Of a stretch of DNA of 64,000 nt, positions 37,992 through 48,508 are shown piece by piece. Position numbers and translations under genes: made by a program. Source of the stretch: a virus (lineage: Duplodnaviria; Caudoviricetes); the IMG/VR virus record IMGVR_UViG_3300048762_000252, positions 102,603-166,602 of that record, one strand, 5' to 3'. Numbering within the stretch: the stretch's first letter is position 1; every line of letters begins with the position of its first letter. The notes beneath the pieces were generated by a model. That model was not told the DNA's origin. It saw only the letters and a list, made by a program, of their open reading frames with translations, and ran no database searches.

Positions 37992-40272
37992 AATTTTTCT
38001 CAACTTGTTTTAAATATTCGGGTGTCCCAACTTCGATTTTTTGCGGACGCAGCCGAATATCTTTCAGACGCCAATCCGCTTGCTTGGTGATGTATGTCGC
38101 ATTAAAACCCCACTCAGTTGATATAACAAAGCCGTTTTCTTGAAACTCTTTATTGAGTTGTGTCCGTTTCACATTATCAATAGCGGATGTAAAGAAATTA
38201 TCCCATTGACCGCCAACATAAAAGCAAACAGCATTTATATTGTTTCTATCCCGAAGAATTTTCACCATCGTTGGCGTCATATTTCCAATAGTGAACGCAT
38301 ATGTCTTATGCGTTTCTCTATCATCTACCAAATATTTGGTGCCAGAATTAGTAGTTGGACTATTATAATAATAATTACGACCGCCCATATTACATGTGTT
38401 ACCAGCCATATCAAAATATTGACTAACCGTATTTGCGCCACCATCGGTCAAAAAAATAGAATGAATTATCTGAGCACCCGTTTTTGTTTTGAACTCTTTT
38501 ATCAAATCGATTGTGGTAATAATGCTTTCATCCAACGGAGTGCAACCAATCAGATTATCAGCGGTTGGACCGCCTGAGAATCGACCATCCGGCATTAATG
38601 CAAACAGGTTCACACATGCAGCTACAAATTCAGCAGGAACCATCTTAGAGGAAATATAATTTCTCATGCGAAAATTCTGAGCATACGCAAGATTTCCTGG
38701 TTCACGAGAGAACGCATTTGTGCCGCCTGTAGTGAGTGAAAGCGCTTCAAACGGAATTTGCGCTTTACGGCAGAACAAACATAAGATAATCAGTTGTTCT
38801 AATGTTCCGGCCATTTGATTTTGCATAGAGCCAGACCAATCAACCACAAAGATAAGACCATGATTTTTGCCGTCTTGACAAATAGCAATCGTCTTGAATA
38901 TATCATCACGTGTCTTATAGTTGGATAATTGAAGCGTATCCAACATACCAGTTTTATGTTGGCGAGTACGCTTGTACCGATCAGCCTGTTTCCGCATTTC
39001 AAACTGTTGAAGAATGTAATTGATAATCGGCAATTGGGCATCACGAAACGCAGCAAAATCTTTTTCTGCTTGCTCGATTTTATCACGCCCAAAATGTCTA
39101 CGGATGCCTTCATGAACGTTTTCGTATGGAATAATGATGTTCTTTAAATTCGGCTTCGGTAGAGTCACATAGACGATTTCTTGAGCGTTCGGATCAAGCA
39201 ATTTCTTGAGCATTTCATCAAAGTGATGCTGAGTCGAAGGCGAAGGCGGCGGGCCAGGATCTACCGGCTTTGTGAATTCTCTACCATTACTAACTTGCTT
39301 TCCACCGACTTTTCCTTTACCATTTTTCTTAGGTTTGGCTCCTTCTTTTCCATCACCGTTAGCTTCCTTGCCAGAATCGCCGCCTTCTTTACCGTCATCT
39401 TTTTCATCTTTTTCATTGCCACTCTTGCTTTTTCCATTACCGGACTTGTCACCGTTACCTTTATCGTCACCTTCGTCATCGTCACCAGAGCCAGATTCAT
39501 CACCGTCTTCGTCTTCTTTGTCACCTTCAAGATCAGTGATTTCGATTTCGATTTTTTGCCCGCCACAACCGTTGCCGGGTTGAATATCTGGATTATCTTT
39601 CAAAAATTTTTCAAGCTCTTCCATCGTCATCTTCATGGTAATAGGTGGCGGCGGCTGAAGTTCGTTTTTCTTTGACCAATTATAGATCTCTTTGGTGACT
39701 TCAACAACATCATCCATTGTGATCGTAGTTGCAACTTTACGAAGAAGCGTTTCTTCTTCAGAAGTAAAAGTCAATTGTAAAACATGTCCGATTTTGGATT
39801 GAAGATTAATCCGATCAATGAGCGACAACGCATCAATTTGGCGAGAAGTTTTCGTCTTTATACCAAACATGTCGTTGTCATAAAGCTCTCGATATCCCGT
39901 AGCAAAAACAGCTTTCATGCCAGGATATGGAACCTTGATGAGACGTTCATCACGAGCATCCAAAACAATGTTCCAATACATGCCAGCAAGATCTAAATTT
40001 TGAGGATCAATACGTTTAGCATAAACCGTGGCTGAGACGTTTACTCGTTTTCCTTTAACGGTGTCGTATGCATGAAGAGCGTGCGATGTTTCGTGCCCCG
40101 CCAGAAGCGTGTAAACACAATCACTCATTTCCTTCCACATTGGGAAGGTGAGAACACGCTGGACAAGATCAAACGAAGCTGTCTCCACACGGCAGTGACG
40201 TATCCAAATATTTTCAGAAGCCAAGAGTTTAGCAAGCAAATTCTTGGCTTCAATGTTGACTTTACCTGTCAT
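37921..40272 (-). CDS. CobT-like vWA protein with N-terminal HExxH domain
   Basis: HETSHAL, acidic linker, DWSGSM (MIDAS), TPL, LTDG; partner of the AAA+ ATPase. Confidence 0.85.
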   Translation of the reverse strand: MTGKVNIEAKNLLAKLLASENIWIRHCRVETASFDLVQRVLTFPMWKEMSDCVYTLLAGHETSHALHAYDTVKGKRVNVSATVYAKRIDPQNLDLAGMYWNIVLDARDERLIKVPYPGMKAVFATGYRELYDNDMFGIKTKTSRQIDALSLIDRINLQSKIGHVLQLTFTSEEETLLRKVATTITMDDVVEVTKEIYNWSKKNELQPPPPITMKMTMEELEKFLKDNPDIQPGNGCGGQKIEIEITDLEGDKEDEDGDESGSGDDDEGDDKGNGDKSGNGKSKSGNEKDEKDDGKEGGDSGKEANGDGKEGAKPKKNGKGKVGGKQVSNGREFTKPVDPGPPPSPSTQHHFDEMLKKLLDPNAQEIVYVTLPKPNLKNIIIPYENVHEGIRRHFGRDKIEQAEKDFAAFRDAQLPIINYILQQFEMRKQADRYKRTRQHKTGMLDTLQLSNYKTRDDIFKTIAICQDGKNHGLIFVVDWSGSMQNQMAGTLEQLIILCLFCRKAQIPFEALSLTTGGTNAFSREPGNLAYAQNFRMRNYISSKMVPAEFVAACVNLFALMPDGRFSGGPTADNLIGCTPLDESIITTIDLIKEFKTKTGAQIIHSIFLTDGGANTVSQYFDMAGNTCNMGGRNYYYNSPTTNSGTKYLVDDRETHKTYAFTIGNMTPTMVKILRDRNNINAVCFYVGGQWDNFFTSAIDNVKRTQLNKEFQENGFVISTEWGFNATYITKQADWRLKDIRLRPQKIEVGTPEYLKQVEKNFIAQGQNLMKQRILLDHFVGMIA

Positions 40273-40357
40273 CAATACCAGTTTAGCATATAGTCTAAAA
40301 TTCGTCAAATATATCTAAACTTGACATGAATCTAAAGATTTGCTACGCTAGTGGATT

Positions 40358-40717
40358 ATGGGAGATGTAGACCACGCTCGAACTGTCATGTATGACGGCT
40401 GGCGGGAAGCGATGATTGAATTGTGCGATAAGCCGCCAAATCGAAGCTGCCCATTTTGCGGAGAAATTTATGAGGATAACGCCGAATATGTTGATGTAGG
40501 CGTGGGAAGCGTTCAAGTAACAGCCAATGTCTGCGAAAACCCGGATTGTGGAGCGCAGGAGCAAGGCTGCTATGTATATGAAGGCGAGCAATGGGAGTTC
40601 GAATCTGGTTGGGTTCGTCATAAATATGAAAGCCCTTCGGGACCACGAAAAGCTTCTGTGGAAGATTTTGATTGGGAATATTTGGCAGATTTGGAGGATG
40701 AAAATGGATATTCTTAG
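40358..40717 (+). CDS. hypothetical Zn-ribbon protein
   Basis: CPFC..VDVGVG..C..CGA; promoter TTGACA-17-TACGCT. Confidence 0.65.
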   Translation: MGDVDHARTVMYDGWREAMIELCDKPPNRSCPFCGEIYEDNAEYVDVGVGSVQVTANVCENPDCGAQEQGCYVYEGEQWEFESGWVRHKYESPSGPRKASVEDFDWEYLADLEDENGYS

Positions 40718-40901
40718 CACCACAAACGGTTATGTTGTCACGGACGGATTTTCATTCGCCCAGACATTTCTAGTCAGCAATTATGAATCACGCAGGGCGT
40801 GCCTGTATGCTGCCATCAGCATGGCTGAAAACTGGTACCATCGCCACTCGTGGAAAACGAACCCACAAAATCTGCATTATGTAAGCGTGCTATACTGGTA
40901 G
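40704..40901 (+). CDS. hypothetical protein
   Basis: GGAGG RBS. Confidence 0.5.
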   Translation: MDILSTTNGYVVTDGFSFAQTFLVSNYESRRACLYAAISMAENWYHRHSWKTNPQNLHYVSVLYW

Positions 40902-40905
40902 ATGT

Positions 40906-41148
40906 ATGAAGAATTTCAAAGCACGAGCAAAGACTCTTCGAAGAAAAATGAGCGAATGTGCATTCGACCAATCGAGTGACGGGCCGAGCGCAGAGAATTT
41001 GCTTGAAACGGCGCTTGAGAACGCATTCAACGAAGGCAAGCAGTCCGTCTATGACATGATTGAAGATCTCTTGAAAGCAGTCGAAAGACAGAAAACAAAT
41101 GAAAACAAAGAAAACGAAATCAACGACCACACCACCAGTGGTCTCTAA
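40906..41148 (+). CDS. hypothetical protein
   Basis: TGCTATACT promoter upstream. Confidence 0.6.
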   Translation: MKNFKARAKTLRRKMSECAFDQSSDGPSAENLLETALENAFNEGKQSVYDMIEDLLKAVERQKTNENKENEINDHTTSGL

Positions 41149-41503
41149 ACGCAAACCGCTTGGTCTCACCAAAGACGATCTACCAGAGTGTTTGCACGTC
41201 GCACTCCGTAAAGGATGTGATTCAACGCCAACCAGCATTCTCTGGAACCTCATCTACATCATGGAGCCGGGTATGTGGAGCATGTATTTGGATCATGTAT
41301 GGTCGAAGCTCAAAATTGCAGAAGCTACCGGCCAAGAATACTGGGAAGCTCTAAAAGAAGTTTCCCTTGGTTTCGAGCATGAAGTTTATCGCAATCGGGA
41401 ACCAAAACTTGAAGGACACAGCCTCACGCTGATGGACATTACCTTCCACGATTTTGATGACAATGACTGGAAAGGCTACGCCTGTTACATCGAAGAATAC
41501 TGA
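41099..41503 (+). CDS. hypothetical protein
   Basis: ORF in operon. Confidence 0.55.
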   Translation: MKTKKTKSTTTPPVVSKRKPLGLTKDDLPECLHVALRKGCDSTPTSILWNLIYIMEPGMWSMYLDHVWSKLKIAEATGQEYWEALKEVSLGFEHEVYRNREPKLEGHSLTLMDITFHDFDDNDWKGYACYIEEY

Positions 41504-41504
41504 A

Positions 41505-42152
41505 ATGGAAAACATTCTTCTCAAAAAATACCTAAAATTAACAGGTGGAGTAGAGTTGTGTGATTGGTATCATACCCGTAGTAATCGTATCAGCGAGTCA
41601 TTCGCCTTGCGTGAAATTTGTGTACAAAAGTACACTTGGGCAATTCCAAATAAAGCTGCAATTAAGATGTTGGTCAAACACTCACCAATTGTTGAAATCG
41701 GTGCTGGAACCGGATATTGGGCGGCATTAGTGAAAGATGCTGGTGGTGATATTGTGGCATTTGATGCACATCCACCACACATCGATTCCGACAAAAACCA
41801 ATATCACCCGAATCAAGCCATGTTTTTTCCTGTCAAACGGGGATTTGAAAGTGCAGCGGCAAAACATTCAGACCGATCACTCTTCCTATGCTGGCCTCCA
41901 TACAATTCTCAGATGGCTCATCGTTCTCTCCAATTGTACACCGGACAAACCGTCATCTTTGTTGGAGAAGGCAATGGTGGATGCACAGGAGATGAAGATT
42001 TTTTTCATCTTCTCGAAAGCGAATTTACACTTGAAAAAGAAGTTTCGATTCCTCAGTGGAGCGGAATACACGACCGAATGATGCTTTACTCCAGAATTAA
42101 TCTGGATAAAAAGAGAAAAAGAATGCTTAAATTTTGCAGAACGAAGTTGTGA
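41505..42152 (+). CDS. class I SAM-dependent methyltransferase-like protein
   Basis: VEIGAGTGYW, LFLCWPP, GE..GGCTG. Confidence 0.8.
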   Translation: MENILLKKYLKLTGGVELCDWYHTRSNRISESFALREICVQKYTWAIPNKAAIKMLVKHSPIVEIGAGTGYWAALVKDAGGDIVAFDAHPPHIDSDKNQYHPNQAMFFPVKRGFESAAAKHSDRSLFLCWPPYNSQMAHRSLQLYTGQTVIFVGEGNGGCTGDEDFFHLLESEFTLEKEVSIPQWSGIHDRMMLYSRINLDKKRKRMLKFCRTKL

Positions 42153-42154
42153 AT

Positions 42155-42529
42155 TTATTCTTCACCTTCAATCAGAGCCAAATCTATTAAGTTGTCGGCA
42201 AATTCATTGTATAACTGTCCCATGCGTAAGCGGCGCTGGAGAGGTACTTTAGGATGCCGTCCAATGCTCCGATACTTACCACAACAAAGCTGATGCGACT
42301 GCCCGGATGTGTGCAACGATGTTTCGATCTCTTCTTTAATAGCATCGAAACATTGGCCAATCTCTTCATAATAGGAATCATCGTCATAAGTATGGCTCCC
42401 ACGGTCACCATCTGCCAACCAGTCATATCCGTTTATGATATCAAGAACTCGATTCAAAGAAGCGGTGATGCCGGTTTGATCCCAATGCAAGGCTTCTAAG
42501 ACTTCTATCATAATTCCTTCGTCAATCAT
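42155..42529 (-). CDS. hypothetical protein
   Basis: Coupled ORF. Confidence 0.6.
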   Translation of the reverse strand: MIDEGIMIEVLEALHWDQTGITASLNRVLDIINGYDWLADGDRGSHTYDDDSYYEEIGQCFDAIKEEIETSLHTSGQSHQLCCGKYRSIGRHPKVPLQRRLRMGQLYNEFADNLIDLALIEGEE

Positions 42530-42958
42530 GTTACCTTCTTTCGGTGAATGTTGCGACTACGAATTTCACCAGCTTCTTTACGTGTAACTGACTTGATATT
42601 ATCTGGCGAGACATTCAACTTGTTCCCGTCATAATGAATCACTGCGTCATTTTGAAATGCTGCACTGCCCCCGCTTGCAATACTCAATGAAGCGATGAAC
42701 ATTGATATTGACACGGCGCACATTTCGTTTTCGTTTATTTACGCCGCCTGCTCGAAACAACCATCGCTGATCCAAACAAGCTGAGAATTGAAAATTAGGG
42801 TTTTTTGGTTTTCGAATTCTGAAGAGTTTCAATTTTCTTCCAGTAAAGCTATAGATGTTTCCGTGTGAATCGGCCCGATACCCTTTTTCATAAACGGCCA
42901 CAATTCGTGCATCTGCTCTGCTTAACTTTTTCAATTCAGCCGAATTATACATCATCAA
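42526..42958 (-). pseudogene. frameshifted HNH homing endonuclease
   Basis: GNIYS..VHRFI in one frame, IHYDGNKLNV..DNI in another; joined by removing one base from the 5-base run at 42668-42672. Confidence 0.7.
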
Positions 42959-44873
42959 TCAACCTACTGAAATTTTTATGTTTCTCGAATCGAATCACAT
43001 CCTTGAATTTGTCGAGTGCTGCGTCATTCTTATGTGAAATCACAAAGACATTATTGGTGTTCGCCAATTCGTTCAACATCTTGATAAAGAAATCTGTTCC
43101 GTTGTGGTCAAGCGAACTATCAATCACTTCGTCTAAGATCAACAAATTGGTAGAGCACGAGTTTTTCATCCTTGCGACATCTCTCCAGGCAAAGAGTAAA
43201 GCGATGTCAATTCGCATTTTTTCGCCTTCGCTGAAGCTTTCATAACTAAGAGAATCTCGATGACGTGCTTTGAAAGTTTCATTGAAATTTTCGTCCAAGC
43301 GGAATGACACAAAGAAATCCATATCAGACAAATATTTGTTCACCAGCTTGTTAATGGTGGTAAGATATTGTTTGATAATCGCAGCCTTGATGCCGGTATC
43401 TTTCAAGAAGGTAGATGAGATTCCATAGTAGTGGTTGAGTTCAATTCCTGCTTCCCGGTCGGCTTGTAATCGTTCTCCTTCGGTGACGAATCCGGCGTGT
43501 TTCTTTTGCTGTTCTACAATATTAGTAAGCGATTGAGAAGCCTTTATATCAGCTTCCATCTTTCGTACAAACTGACGGGCGGCGCTTACTGTACTTTGCT
43601 TGGCGTGAAGTTCTTCTTGAAGGGTCGCAAGAGATGCCTGCATGGTGCTAGTAAATGTTTTGATTTCATTACGAGTTTCCATTAACATTCGCTGGACGGC
43701 GGATTGATGAGAAGAGAAAGCTTTGCTGATTTGCGATTGAATGTCTGCGTTTTTCTTCTTTGTATCCGCAACCGTTTGTTCATATGATGCAATCTTCTTT
43801 TCCAATTTTGAAAGTGCTTCTTCATATTCGGTTATTTTGCCTTGTTTCTCTGCGATGATAATCTGCTTAAAATCTTCGTGAATGGTTTGTTTGCAGGTAT
43901 TGCATGAGTTGTTCTGCCGATAGAAATCCAAATCCTTACCTAATGTCTTGATGTTGCGTTGAAAACTGTCACGTTGAGAACAAAATGTTGTTATCTTGAT
44001 AGAAAGATCAGAGAAATCAAGTGTCTGTGCGTCCAACTCAGATACATGTTTATCGTGTGCTGCTTGTATCTCATCAATTTTCTTCTGTGTCAATTCATTA
44101 AGACGTTCGGATTCACGAAGAATGTTTGCTGTCGCTGTGCTTACTTGATTTTGTAAATCTCCAATAACCGGAGCAAGATCGTCAATAATTTTATTCTGAT
44201 CATCGATTTGGCGCTGTGTATCAGCAGTTACTTTTTTCTGTTCCGCTTCCAGTTTTGTAATAAAACCTTCTACTAATGAAATCTTTTCTTCGTTGCTGCC
44301 GATGTCCTTATCCAATGTGTTGAGTGTCGTTTCCAAAATCTTGATTTTTCCCTTCAAGATTTCATGCATTTTACCAAACACACCAATCTCTAAAATTTCT
44401 TCGATAAACTCCCGACGCTTTGGTACGGTCAACTGCATGAACGGAGTGTACTTGGCATTTCCAAGTATAACAAGTTGAGTGAAGCCTTCGTAATTCACCT
44501 GAAGTACATCTTCTTCCAGATATGCTTGATCATCTTTTTGACCAGCCGCTTGATGACGTAGATTTCCATCTTCGTAAATCTCAAAAATTGCTGGTTTAAT
44601 TCCTCGACGCACACGATAAAAATGTGTGCCGATCTCAAATTCAACTTCGGCCAAACAATCTCCGTTGTTGATGGTATTGACAAGTTGAGAAAGATTGATC
44701 TTGCGAAATGACTTTTTATACAAGACGTAACAAATCGCATCCAACATTGTTGATTTGCCTGATCCGTTGATACCAAGCACCAATGTAGTCGGTGATTTGT
44801 CAAGACGAAGTTCTATGAAGGTGTTGCCGGTCGATAGAAAATTCTTATACCGCAACACTTTAAATAATATCAT
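42945..44873 (-). CDS. gp46: recombination endonuclease ATPase subunit (SbcC/Rad50-like)
   Basis: KNFLSTGN, G.NGSGKST, CxxC hook, FSEGEKMRID, LDE. Confidence 0.97.
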   Translation of the reverse strand: MILFKVLRYKNFLSTGNTFIELRLDKSPTTLVLGINGSGKSTMLDAICYVLYKKSFRKINLSQLVNTINNGDCLAEVEFEIGTHFYRVRRGIKPAIFEIYEDGNLRHQAAGQKDDQAYLEEDVLQVNYEGFTQLVILGNAKYTPFMQLTVPKRREFIEEILEIGVFGKMHEILKGKIKILETTLNTLDKDIGSNEEKISLVEGFITKLEAEQKKVTADTQRQIDDQNKIIDDLAPVIGDLQNQVSTATANILRESERLNELTQKKIDEIQAAHDKHVSELDAQTLDFSDLSIKITTFCSQRDSFQRNIKTLGKDLDFYRQNNSCNTCKQTIHEDFKQIIIAEKQGKITEYEEALSKLEKKIASYEQTVADTKKKNADIQSQISKAFSSHQSAVQRMLMETRNEIKTFTSTMQASLATLQEELHAKQSTVSAARQFVRKMEADIKASQSLTNIVEQQKKHAGFVTEGERLQADREAGIELNHYYGISSTFLKDTGIKAAIIKQYLTTINKLVNKYLSDMDFFVSFRLDENFNETFKARHRDSLSYESFSEGEKMRIDIALLFAWRDVARMKNSCSTNLLILDEVIDSSLDHNGTDFFIKMLNELANTNNVFVISHKNDAALDKFKDVIRFEKHKNFSRLIDDV

Positions 44874-45247
44874 GTTTCTTTAAATTTGGCGATTTGCTCA
44901 ACAACATCATCAGGAAGGGTGATTTGTTTTTGATCCAAAGTTTTTATCCAACGATCCATTGCATCTTCAAAAACTTTGAACGCTTCATTACTCGCTTTAT
45001 GCAAAGCAACAAATTCGGAAGACTTATATTCTGAAGGAGGATGTTTATCTATCCAATCTGATTCGGCATCAAAAGCCTTTTTATATTCTTCCGCCCAATA
45101 TCCTACATCTTCTATTACCATAGCGCTCCGTCTACAATAGGAGCATTGGCAAATATCAAAATCTGTGTGTTTGCACGGTGGAACGATTAGTTCTTCTTCA
45201 TTCATGTCTGTTCTCTTGTACGGTGTACTGCACGATGTATGGCTCAT
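44870..45247 (-). CDS. hypothetical protein
   Basis: ORF in operon. Confidence 0.55.
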   Translation of the reverse strand: MSHTSCSTPYKRTDMNEEELIVPPCKHTDFDICQCSYCRRSAMVIEDVGYWAEEYKKAFDAESDWIDKHPPSEYKSSEFVALHKASNEAFKVFEDAMDRWIKTLDQKQITLPDDVVEQIAKFKET

Positions 45248-45707
45248 AGATCATAGAAAGTGCCATTGGAATGAGCCATCGCAAGTTAGGGATGAGTGGA
45301 TAACTGTACTTCGGACTTAGGATGCTTTCGACTTTGTAGACTAAAACTTCTTCATCAGTCTTAGTTTGAACATTGTAAACTTCGTTATCATAAGTGTGAA
45401 AAAAATGAACTTCATAATCTGATCCATTGAGCACGGTGTACTCTTTCCAGCCGTCCAAATTGACTCCAGTCTCTTCTTGAAATTCCCGGCGCATAGCTTG
45501 CTTTGGAGTTTCCCATGGACAAGTACATGGATCAAATCCACCTACATCGCATGAAGTCTCCAAACAAGAGTGACCTTGAGTCTTCCTATCAATATGCCCA
45601 CCTATACCGTTTAAATGCCAGCGTTGCCATTCAGGGCGTTGCTTTTCGATGAGAGCTACCTTGTCTCCTACCTTGTTAAACAAAAAACCAGCTACATAGC
45701 GTTTCAT
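45198..45707 (-). CDS. Nudix hydrolase with a Cys-rich insert
   Basis: NGIGGHI-[insert]-ETPKQAMRREFQEETG. Confidence 0.85.
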   Translation of the reverse strand: MKRYVAGFLFNKVGDKVALIEKQRPEWQRWHLNGIGGHIDRKTQGHSCLETSCDVGGFDPCTCPWETPKQAMRREFQEETGVNLDGWKEYTVLNGSDYEVHFFHTYDNEVYNVQTKTDEEVLVYKVESILSPKYSYPLIPNLRWLIPMALSMIYEPYIVQYTVQENRHE

Positions 45708-45751
45708 AAGTTCTTTTCAGTATACTATCAATTTGTATTTTGTCCACTTTT

Positions 45752-46822
45752 TCATCCATTTGCCTCTACGTACAGTTCATGAAAAATAGTTTTTAACTTA
45801 TGCTTGTCAACATCGACACCAATAGCATCGATGTACTTATTGATGATGGTGAGAGTATCCGACATGACAACAGTTTTGTTGCTTTCATCAAACTCTAAGA
45901 ATTGATCTTCGGCATCTTCCACCACTTCAAGCGAAGACTGATCGTTGATGTGAAGCTCTGCTGGATTCATACGAAAAAGAGCATCAACCCACTTCTCATA
46001 AGCATTTGGATCGGTTTTATGTGTAACCACAACTTTCAAAAATTTGTTCTCAAACTGCGTCAGGTCAATTTTGGGTTGTGGTTCCCGGTCGTCGTATATT
46101 AACCGATAAAACATTTTGTTAGGATTTTTGATAAATTCTAATTCCAATGTGTCAGTGTCAAAAATGTAAAATCCTCGTGGATCATCTAAGTCCGCAAATG
46201 TCATCTCATATGGTGAACCGAGATATTGAATTTTACCATCCGTGTTTGGATGATGAAAATGTCCAGAGTACACTTTTTTGAATTTTTTGAAAATACTACG
46301 ATCCATACCACGTTCACAGATCTGTGTAACACTCATATTGAATCCAGAGATTTCAAGGTGACCAAAAATAACAGGGCATTTTGATTTAGAAATCATTTTC
46401 AAACCAGGAACCATATCCGTGGGATTCAACCAAGGAACAATCAAAACACGAAGCTTATCAAAAGTAACTTCCTGTGGTTGTTCGTAGATGTGAAAGTTTG
46501 GATAATGGCTACATAATTCTCTCACAGAGTTAACTTCATTAGTGTCTCTAAATGTAACATCATGGTTACCTAAAATGATGTGAGTGTCATATGCACCGTC
46601 AACAAGTTTCTGAAAAAAATCGATACGAGTACGATGCAAAATGTGAAAATTAATATATTTACGCCTATCAAATAAGTCTCCCAAGTGGATGATAGTTTTG
46701 ATCCCACGGCGCTGAAGCTCCGGGAAAAAAATGTCATCGTAGAATTTAACAAATGTGTTGTGAAATAAAAGACTGTCGGTTTTATGTCCGAAGTGACTAT
46801 CGGATATCAAAGAAATTTTCAT
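45752..46822 (-). CDS. gp47: recombination endonuclease nuclease subunit (SbcD/Mre11-like)
   Basis: DSHFG, GDLFD, GNHD, GHLE, SGHFH. Confidence 0.97.
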   Translation of the reverse strand: MKISLISDSHFGHKTDSLLFHNTFVKFYDDIFFPELQRRGIKTIIHLGDLFDRRKYINFHILHRTRIDFFQKLVDGAYDTHIILGNHDVTFRDTNEVNSVRELCSHYPNFHIYEQPQEVTFDKLRVLIVPWLNPTDMVPGLKMISKSKCPVIFGHLEISGFNMSVTQICERGMDRSIFKKFKKVYSGHFHHPNTDGKIQYLGSPYEMTFADLDDPRGFYIFDTDTLELEFIKNPNKMFYRLIYDDREPQPKIDLTQFENKFLKVVVTHKTDPNAYEKWVDALFRMNPAELHINDQSSLEVVEDAEDQFLEFDESNKTVVMSDTLTIINKYIDAIGVDVDKHKLKTIFHELYVEANG

Positions 46823-46919
46823 GAATTTATCTGGTGTAAATCACCTACTTCCTGGTTGAATTGGTGGATCTTCTATGCGCCCGTCAACTTTATTAGCAAA
46901 ATCAATTGCAGTCTCGATG

Positions 46920-47138
46920 TCAAAAAACCAAAACCGAAAATGGTATCCGGCTCGACAATAGTAATTTCCAGTTTCTCGATGATATTGAATTTGAGTATGG
47001 TAAGCTCACTGCAATTGGATGTAAAGAGTTTTCAACATAGTCGATAATTGTATCATAGTGTGAATTCATCTCTGGGGAATACCCGGTAGGAACATCTACT
47101 GAAGCTACAATTTGTTTTGTCCCAATTCTTTCTATCAT
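46920..47138 (-). CDS. hypothetical protein
   Basis: ATGA coupling to gp55; 3' part uncertain. Confidence 0.4.
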   Translation of the reverse strand: MIERIGTKQIVASVDVPTGYSPEMNSHYDTIIDYVENSLHPIAVSLPYSNSISSRNWKLLLSSRIPFSVLVF

Positions 47139-47806
47139 TTGCCTTTGGCTTTCTTGTCTTTCGCCTTTATCTTTATTTTTGTTATCTTTAGTTTTACTTT
47201 TGCTTTAGCTTTTGGAACAGCGACAGGTTCTACATCGTCAGTCAGTAAACCAGCTTTAGCTTTTTTCTTAGCGTTCGCCTTGGATTTTTTGGACTCTTTC
47301 CAATTTTCGAACTTGGCAATCACATCGCCTTTATTTTCTTGTAGGTATGTGACATAGCTGTTATTGTAGTGGGCGTCATCGCCACTTTGCCGCTCATAGG
47401 AGTCAACAAAGTCAGCTTGGTCAATGATCCGCATTTTAACATACAGTTGCTTTTGTTCTTTTTGAATTCGACGGATGAAAGCATTGTGTATGATCTGTGT
47501 GATGTAAGCAAAAGCGTTGGTTGACTTCTTTGGATTGAAGTTATGAATGTATCTTAAACAAGATTCGAGAGCATCACCAATCATATCAGAAACAAATGTA
47601 TAATTAACGAACCCCGCTTTTTGACTCAGCCGGGTTGCCATCTTCATCATACACACAGCTACAAATTCTGGTAACTGCGGTTTGGGAAATTTTTTTCGTT
47701 TAGCTCTTCGACAATCTTTTTGCCATGTAACTAACGCTTCAAATAAACGACTGTTGTCAACATAATTAACCGTTACTTTTTTATGTGGTATCTGTAGTTC
47801 TTCCAT
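47135..47806 (-). CDS. gp55: late-transcription sigma factor
   Basis: YVDN, FVNYT...MIGD, NF.P.KS.N.FAY.TQI...AFIRRI.KE.KQ. Confidence 0.95.
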   Translation of the reverse strand: MEELQIPHKKVTVNYVDNSRLFEALVTWQKDCRRAKRKKFPKPQLPEFVAVCMMKMATRLSQKAGFVNYTFVSDMIGDALESCLRYIHNFNPKKSTNAFAYITQIIHNAFIRRIQKEQKQLYVKMRIIDQADFVDSYERQSGDDAHYNNSYVTYLQENKGDVIAKFENWKESKKSKANAKKKAKAGLLTDDVEPVAVPKAKAKVKLKITKIKIKAKDKKAKGK

Positions 47807-47880
47807 CCTTCCTCGTTGGGACCCTTCGTTGGGACACTTCCAATCATATTAATTATTTCACACATTTTAAATTTGTCAAG

Positions 47881-48237
47881 TTATTTTTGTCTAATAAATG
47901 AATGATTCTGGCATTGGCGGCGAAACCCTGGCGACACTTCATCTTTTGAATTCTCTTCTTTTGCTTCCAATTTATTCAAGTACATTTCCTTCATATATTC
48001 ACTTGGCGGGGCTACGGCTAAGATACCCTGCCGGTAAATGATAATCACGTCTTCTGTGAAAGGAATCCACGGAGCAAAGCGGATCTCTTCTTCTTCAGAA
48101 CTGAACATTTCAATGGCCCGAATAGCATATCGAACAGTAACTTGTTGTTCATCTTCTGCTACAATTTCACAAGCAATGATTTCCCCATTCATCAATTTGA
48201 AGACAACAAGAGACTCGGGGTTGAATTCTTCTTCCAT
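47881..48237 (-). CDS. conserved T4-like hypothetical protein
   Basis: KL.NGE.I..., PW.PF motif; position between uvsW and gp55. Confidence 0.65.
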   Translation of the reverse strand: MEEEFNPESLVVFKLMNGEIIACEIVAEDEQQVTVRYAIRAIEMFSSEEEEIRFAPWIPFTEDVIIIYRQGILAVAPPSEYMKEMYLNKLEAKEENSKDEVSPGFRRQCQNHSFIRQK

Positions 48238-48247
48238 CGTGGAATAT

Positions 48248-48508
48248 TTATGCTTTGTTATACGCCTGTATCATAAGCATTACACTTGATGGAATTGAAA
48301 GAACAAATCTTGATCGTGCTCTTAGGGAGTCGTAGAATTTATCTAACGGAACAAGAAGAGATTTATCCCACACACTTTGTTTTAATTTGCCTTGTCGATC
48401 AAACCAAACACATTCTACAAATCCCTGTTTATCAAACCCACAAATCGTCATAGCCGTTATCGGGTCTTTCAAGATCGGGTTGAAGAATACTACATCTCCG
48501 ACTTTCAT
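48248..48508 (-). CDS. YodC/DUF2158-like protein
   Basis: KVGDVV...MT....V.C.WF. Confidence 0.6.
   Translation of the reverse strand: MKVGDVVFFNPILKDPITAMTICGFDKQGFVECVWFDRQGKLKQSVWDKSLLVPLDKFYDSLRARSRFVLSIPSSVMLMIQAYNKA

Noticed and set aside
39260-39580. Overlapping ORFs or repeat element within the vWA gene
   Set aside because: These are shadow frames of a low-complexity D/E/G/K linker
46819-47138. Multiply frameshifted gene between gp55 and gp47
   Set aside because: Alternative frames look protein-like, but no recognisable motif supports a reconstruction
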